A stretch of DNA of 63,916 nucleotides, filler included. It is 7 parts of 7 records of this genome, joined end to end, with 100 filler letters (N's around TTAATTAATTAA, not from the genome) between each part and the next. Parts side by side here need not be neighbours in the genome. Positions count along the whole stretch, not along the records: positions 60,533 to 63,916 come from SRR20825010_1565; 6 more parts are not named here. The stretch is one strand, 5' to 3'. The translations under genes were made by a program, and so were the position numbers. The notes beneath the pieces are model-generated. The model saw nothing but the letters and a program-made list of their open reading frames with translations, had not been told where the DNA came from and did no database searches. Numbering within the stretch: position 1 is the stretch's first letter; each line of letters begins with the position of its first letter. Shown here piece after piece: positions 61,075 to 63,916 of the stretch.

Positions 61075-61308
61075 ATGGACTTAGAACTTCAAAACAAAAA
61101 AATCGAATTGATTCAATGGTTATCCACTTTGGAAGATTCCTCTTTAATCGATAAGCTGATGAAATTTCGAGAGAAAGAGAAATCCGATTGGTGGGGATCT
61201 ATTTCTGATGAGGAGAGATCATCAATTCAAAAAGGAATTGACGATGCGAATGAGGGCAAACTAAAACCTAATTCTGAAGCTCAAAAAATATATGAAAAGT
61301 GGCTTTAA
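61075..61308 (+). CDS. Putative antitoxin (addiction-module type)
   Basis: 77-aa acidic protein with DWW.SISDEE..SI.KG.DDA..GKL; overlaps the downstream toxin gene. Confidence 0.75.
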   Translation: MDLELQNKKIELIQWLSTLEDSSLIDKLMKFREKEKSDWWGSISDEERSSIQKGIDDANEGKLKPNSEAQKIYEKWL

Positions 61309-61594
61309 GATTTTATGGACTGATCATGCTTTATCTGAACTAGAAGCTACATTTAAGTATTTAGAAGATAATTGGACTGAAAAAGAAATAGTAAAGCTAG
61401 CATTGAAAATTGAGCATACTGTTGATCTGATATCACAAAGCCCTGAAATTTTTCAAGAATCGCCTGACAAAAAAGGAGTTCGACAAGTCGTCTTGGCGAA
61501 GCATAATACGATGTATTACAGAATTGTGGGAGAGTCGGTAGAAATCCTGTCTTTCTTCTCGAACCGACAAAGCCCTGACAGGAGAAAATTTTGA
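61292..61594 (+). CDS. RelE/ParE-family toxin
   Basis: KILWTDHALSEL...YL..W, P..F, VR and MYYRI..VEILSFFSNRQ pattern. Confidence 0.85.
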   Translation: MKSGFKILWTDHALSELEATFKYLEDNWTEKEIVKLALKIEHTVDLISQSPEIFQESPDKKGVRQVVLAKHNTMYYRIVGESVEILSFFSNRQSPDRRKF

Positions 61595-61871
61595 ATTTTG
61601 GTGATTCATACATTTTTTCTCTCGCATACTTTACGATTGGCGACCAACTCGCCAATGGCGTGTATATCTACCGCGTCCTAGTCCGCAAAAACGGTCAATT
61701 CATGGAGCATAGACCGACTGCAGGAGACAAGGCATTTAAGAAGGAATATGGTAAGATGTATTTGTTGAGGTGACATCGTCATTGTGAACGACGATGGAGG
61801 GGAGAAATCTGGTGTAAGATTGAAAGTATAAAAACGTCATATACTTGACTGATTTAAGCAAGTAGAAAGTA

Positions 61872-62285
61872 ATGAAAAAAATGAAAACAGAAGACACTAA
61901 AATACCTTTGATTACATTAGTCATTTTGATGGTTACTTCATTTGTACCGGTTATACAGTTAACTATGCTTATGGGACAGGGAGCTTTTCTATACCCTTTC
62001 AAAAAGCTTTTAGTATCGCCTGAATTTAAATCGCTTAACTATATCAATCTATTTTCAGGAACCTTGACAGTTATAGCTTTTTATATTTCTAGAAGAAGGG
62101 GATACAAAATAATATGGACAGTTTTGACGGTTTTTTTCTTCATGGGATTCTTAACCTTTGCTACCGAAAGTACTAGGTATGAAGATTACCCATATTTTAT
62201 TCCAATTATGGTAATTGGGGTTTTAGTAACATTACCTTTAATTATAGTAGGAATAATTAAAGAAAAAATGGTTAATCCTACCTAG
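61872..62285 (+). CDS. AT-rich hypothetical membrane protein (about 4 TM)
   Basis: 137-aa ORF with four hydrophobic segments. Confidence 0.6.
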   Translation: MKKMKTEDTKIPLITLVILMVTSFVPVIQLTMLMGQGAFLYPFKKLLVSPEFKSLNYINLFSGTLTVIAFYISRRRGYKIIWTVLTVFFFMGFLTFATESTRYEDYPYFIPIMVIGVLVTLPLIIVGIIKEKMVNPT

Positions 62286-62479
62286 ACTATACCAAAAGAA
62301 TTTAGAAAACATTATGTTCACCCTCCCCTCTGAGCGTAGTCTAAGCATTGAGGGTGTTGGGTGTAATTTGTAATTACACCTTTTTATCCTAATCAATTTG
62401 AAATTGACCTTCTTATCTTACTTGGGTGAATAACGCTAGCAACCACCATCCTCACACCATAACCTTCTAGAGAAAAACC

Positions 62480-62714
62480 ATTGCACTAAGCTGGAACGAA
62501 ATAAAAGATAGAGCTTTAAATTTCTCTAAGGAATGGGCTGATACATCCAATGAGGGAGCGGATGTATCAGCCATTTTTAGTAGAGTTTTTTTCATGTAGT
62601 TGGTATAAGCAGCAATCGGGTTTCAACTTTCGTACATCGCGTAAAAAAGTTGGATGCGAGAGACATCTAAATGGATTGTTTTGGAAATAGACGATTTTAA
62701 TAGAAATGAAAAGT
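62480..62714 (+). pseudogene. N-terminal relic of an MmeI-like type IIL restriction-modification gene
   Basis: Reads (I)ALSWNEIKDRALNFSKEWADTSNE / frameshift / PFLVEFFHVVGISSNRVSTFVHRVKKLD..* / WK*TILIEMKS; start codon lost. Confidence 0.8.
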
Positions 62715-62824
62715 CCCCCGTTGTGGTCGTGGGGAAGTCAAAAGGATTGTCGTTTTCCACGGGTTCCACTCATGGCCCTGCCTACCGGACAGGCAGGTAC
62801 TCATGGTTTGACCACTTCGTGGTC
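62715..62824 (+). repeat. REP/REPIN-like module A (with a 21-nt insertion)
   Basis: Direct repeat of 63758-63851; ends in hairpin GACCACTTCGTGGTC. Confidence 0.8.
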
Positions 62825-62871
62825 GGTCCTTTTAAAAATTCTAAATGGGATACCTCATAGTTTATTTTCAT

Positions 62872-62964
62872 GATCCTGAAAGGATCGAACCATGAATAGC
62901 CCCCGGTGCAACCGGGGGTGTTGGAAATGAATGGTTGGAAATGGCAACCCTGAAGGGGTTGAAC
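62872..62964 (-). repeat. REP/REPIN-like module B (inverted)
   Basis: Minus strand GTTCAACCCCTTCAGGGTTG...CCCCCGGTTGCACCGGGGG CTATTCATGGTTCGATCCTTTCAGGATC, same three-hairpin layout. Confidence 0.8.
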
Positions 62965-63221
62965 TTTATCATACAATCTCCACCCCAGCTGAGCTTAGAA
63001 TAGGCGTTGCGCTGGGAGTAATTTTTAACTACAACTTCATATCCTTGTCAATTTGAAATTGAGCTTGATAGTTAGGGTGAAGTTGCATCCCGATAATTAT
63101 CGAGGATCACCCAGTCAAACCCAAAAACTTTAGTTTATTGCATGAACTGAGTTGACATTTGTTTTCTGGGGGTAAGAAAAATCGCTGACAATTACACGAT
63201 GGTGAAGCCGTCGAACATACT

Positions 63222-63668
63222 TTACAGTAAATATTTAAGATCAAATTCAATCCCATGCTCTTCGATGAGCCTTTTATACTCATCATAGAAATTCTCCTTT
63301 TTATGATGCTCTTCTTGATTTTTGATGTAATTAATTAGCTGGTCTTTGTCTCGATGGGAGACGGTAAAGGAGCCATACCCATCTTGCCATCCATTAAAAT
63401 CAGGGAAGATTCCTTCTTCTTTAATGAAATCAATACTCGCTAATTTGATATCCTTGATCAGATTGGCTAAGGCAATTGTCGGGTGAATGTGCGTCAAAAT
63501 ATGAAGATGATCTTCCATGCCATTGATGCGATAGAGATGGCAGTTTTTGTTTTTAAGGAAGCCATTCATGTAGGCGTACAGGCGGCGTTTGTTTTTAAGA
63601 AGCATGGTTGGCTATCTTTTGTAGGTGCCATAAACAATGTGGTAGATAAGCTGCGTGTGAGTGCTCAT
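63222..63668 (-). pseudogene. tnpA: IS200/IS605-family Y1 transposase (RAYT-like) with an in-frame stop at codon 19
   Basis: MSTHTQLIYHIVYGTYKR*PT..., HUH motif DHLHIL, WQDGY and YIKNQEEHH; no tnpB; REP-like modules on both sides. Confidence 0.85.
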
Positions 63669-63757
63669 AAAAAGGTATTATTAAAAATGATGGCCAATAT
63701 TAGATAGATGAAAATAATGAAAAATGGTGGGAATTTGGAAGGTATCAAGTTAAAAAG

Positions 63758-63851
63758 GTTCGACCCCGTTGGGGTCGTGGGGATGTCAAAATGATTGTCA
63801 TTTTCCACGGGTTCCACCCATGGTTATTCATGGTTCGATCCCGTTGGGATC
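63758..63851 (+). repeat. REP/REPIN-like module C
   Basis: GTTCGACCCCGTTGGGGTCG...CCACGGGTTCCACCCATGG TTATTCATGGTTCGATCCCGTTGGGATC. Confidence 0.82.
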
Positions 63852-63899
63852 ATTCGATTGAATCATTGATCAATGTTGGCATTATTTATTTCATATATC

Positions 63900-63916
63900 G
63901 ACCACGAAGTGGTCAA
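63900..63916 (-). repeat. Start of REP/REPIN-like module D (cut by window end)
   Basis: GACCACGAAGTGGTCAA is the exact reverse complement of the end of module A. Confidence 0.7.

Larger units (their letters stand above)
60852..61773 (+). repeat. 137-nt direct repeat pair (60852-60988 and 61637-61773), duplicated gene 3' end
   Basis: Ungapped hand alignment gives 14 mismatches, mostly at synonymous third positions. Confidence 0.95.
62330..63081. repeat. Degenerate ~95-100-nt direct repeat pair (62330-62430 and 62989-63081)
   Basis: Shared CTGAGC.TAG..TA.GC.TTG...TGGG.GTAATTT.TAA.TACA.CTT..TATCCT..TCAATTTGAAATTGA.CTT...GGGTGAA. Confidence 0.75.

Noticed and set aside
60852-61773. Diversity-generating retroelement TR/VR pair
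   Set aside because: Mismatches are mostly C/T and other third-position changes, not adenine-specific, and no reverse transcriptase is present.
61591-61773. 60-aa ORF as an independent gene
   Set aside because: It is the duplicated 3' end of the upstream gene with a fortuitous upstream start.
62715-63916. CRISPR array or integron attC sites
   Set aside because: The repeats are long, alternate in orientation, lack regular spacers and have no cas or intI gene; a REP-type reading fits better.

Overview
The window is not one locus. It is seven unrelated contigs joined by 100-nt N spacers containing TTAATTAATTAA (9122-9221, 18597-18696, 25680-25779, 33081-33180, 54018-54117, 60433-60532). Taxonomic labels below are inferred from gene content and composition, and family names come from motif recognition, not from database searches. 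(1) 1-9121, alphaproteobacterium: glmM end, thiD, a small accessory islet (structured RNA leader plus a short DnaB-like ATPase, and a lysozyme-like protein), split methionine-synthase/corrinoid genes and a ugp-type ABC transporter. (2) 9222-18596, Alcanivorax-like gammaproteobacterium: aidB-like gene, tetR, chrA, recQ, a phosphoesterase lipoprotein, an MgtC-family gene and rhlE. (3) 18697-25679, Phycisphaerales-like planctomycete: sulfotransferase-like gene, stand-alone nuoG and dockerin-tailed secreted proteins. (4) 25780-33080, roseobacter: dipeptidase operon, DoxX, ECF sigma/anti-sigma pair and oxidoreductases. (5) 33181-54017, Rhodopirellula-like: DUF1559 protein, radical SAM protein, sulfatase, panE, tex, a PVC heme protein and others. 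(6) 54118-60432, alphaproteobacterium: mobB start, pgsA, uvrC, SDR, folB, Ca/Na antiporter, uvrB end. (7) 60533-63916, AT-rich Bacteroidota: a plasticity hotspot. The best leads are: a toxin-antitoxin pair bracketed by two synonymously diverged copies of the host gene 3' end, next to an MmeI-like relic inside a second direct repeat and REP modules with a Y1 transposase (contig 7); a DARS-like DnaA-box/Fis/IHF array upstream of uvrC (contig 6); and an RBS-sequestering RNA leader upstream of the short DnaB-like ATPase (contig 1). No CRISPR array, rRNA or tRNA was seen.
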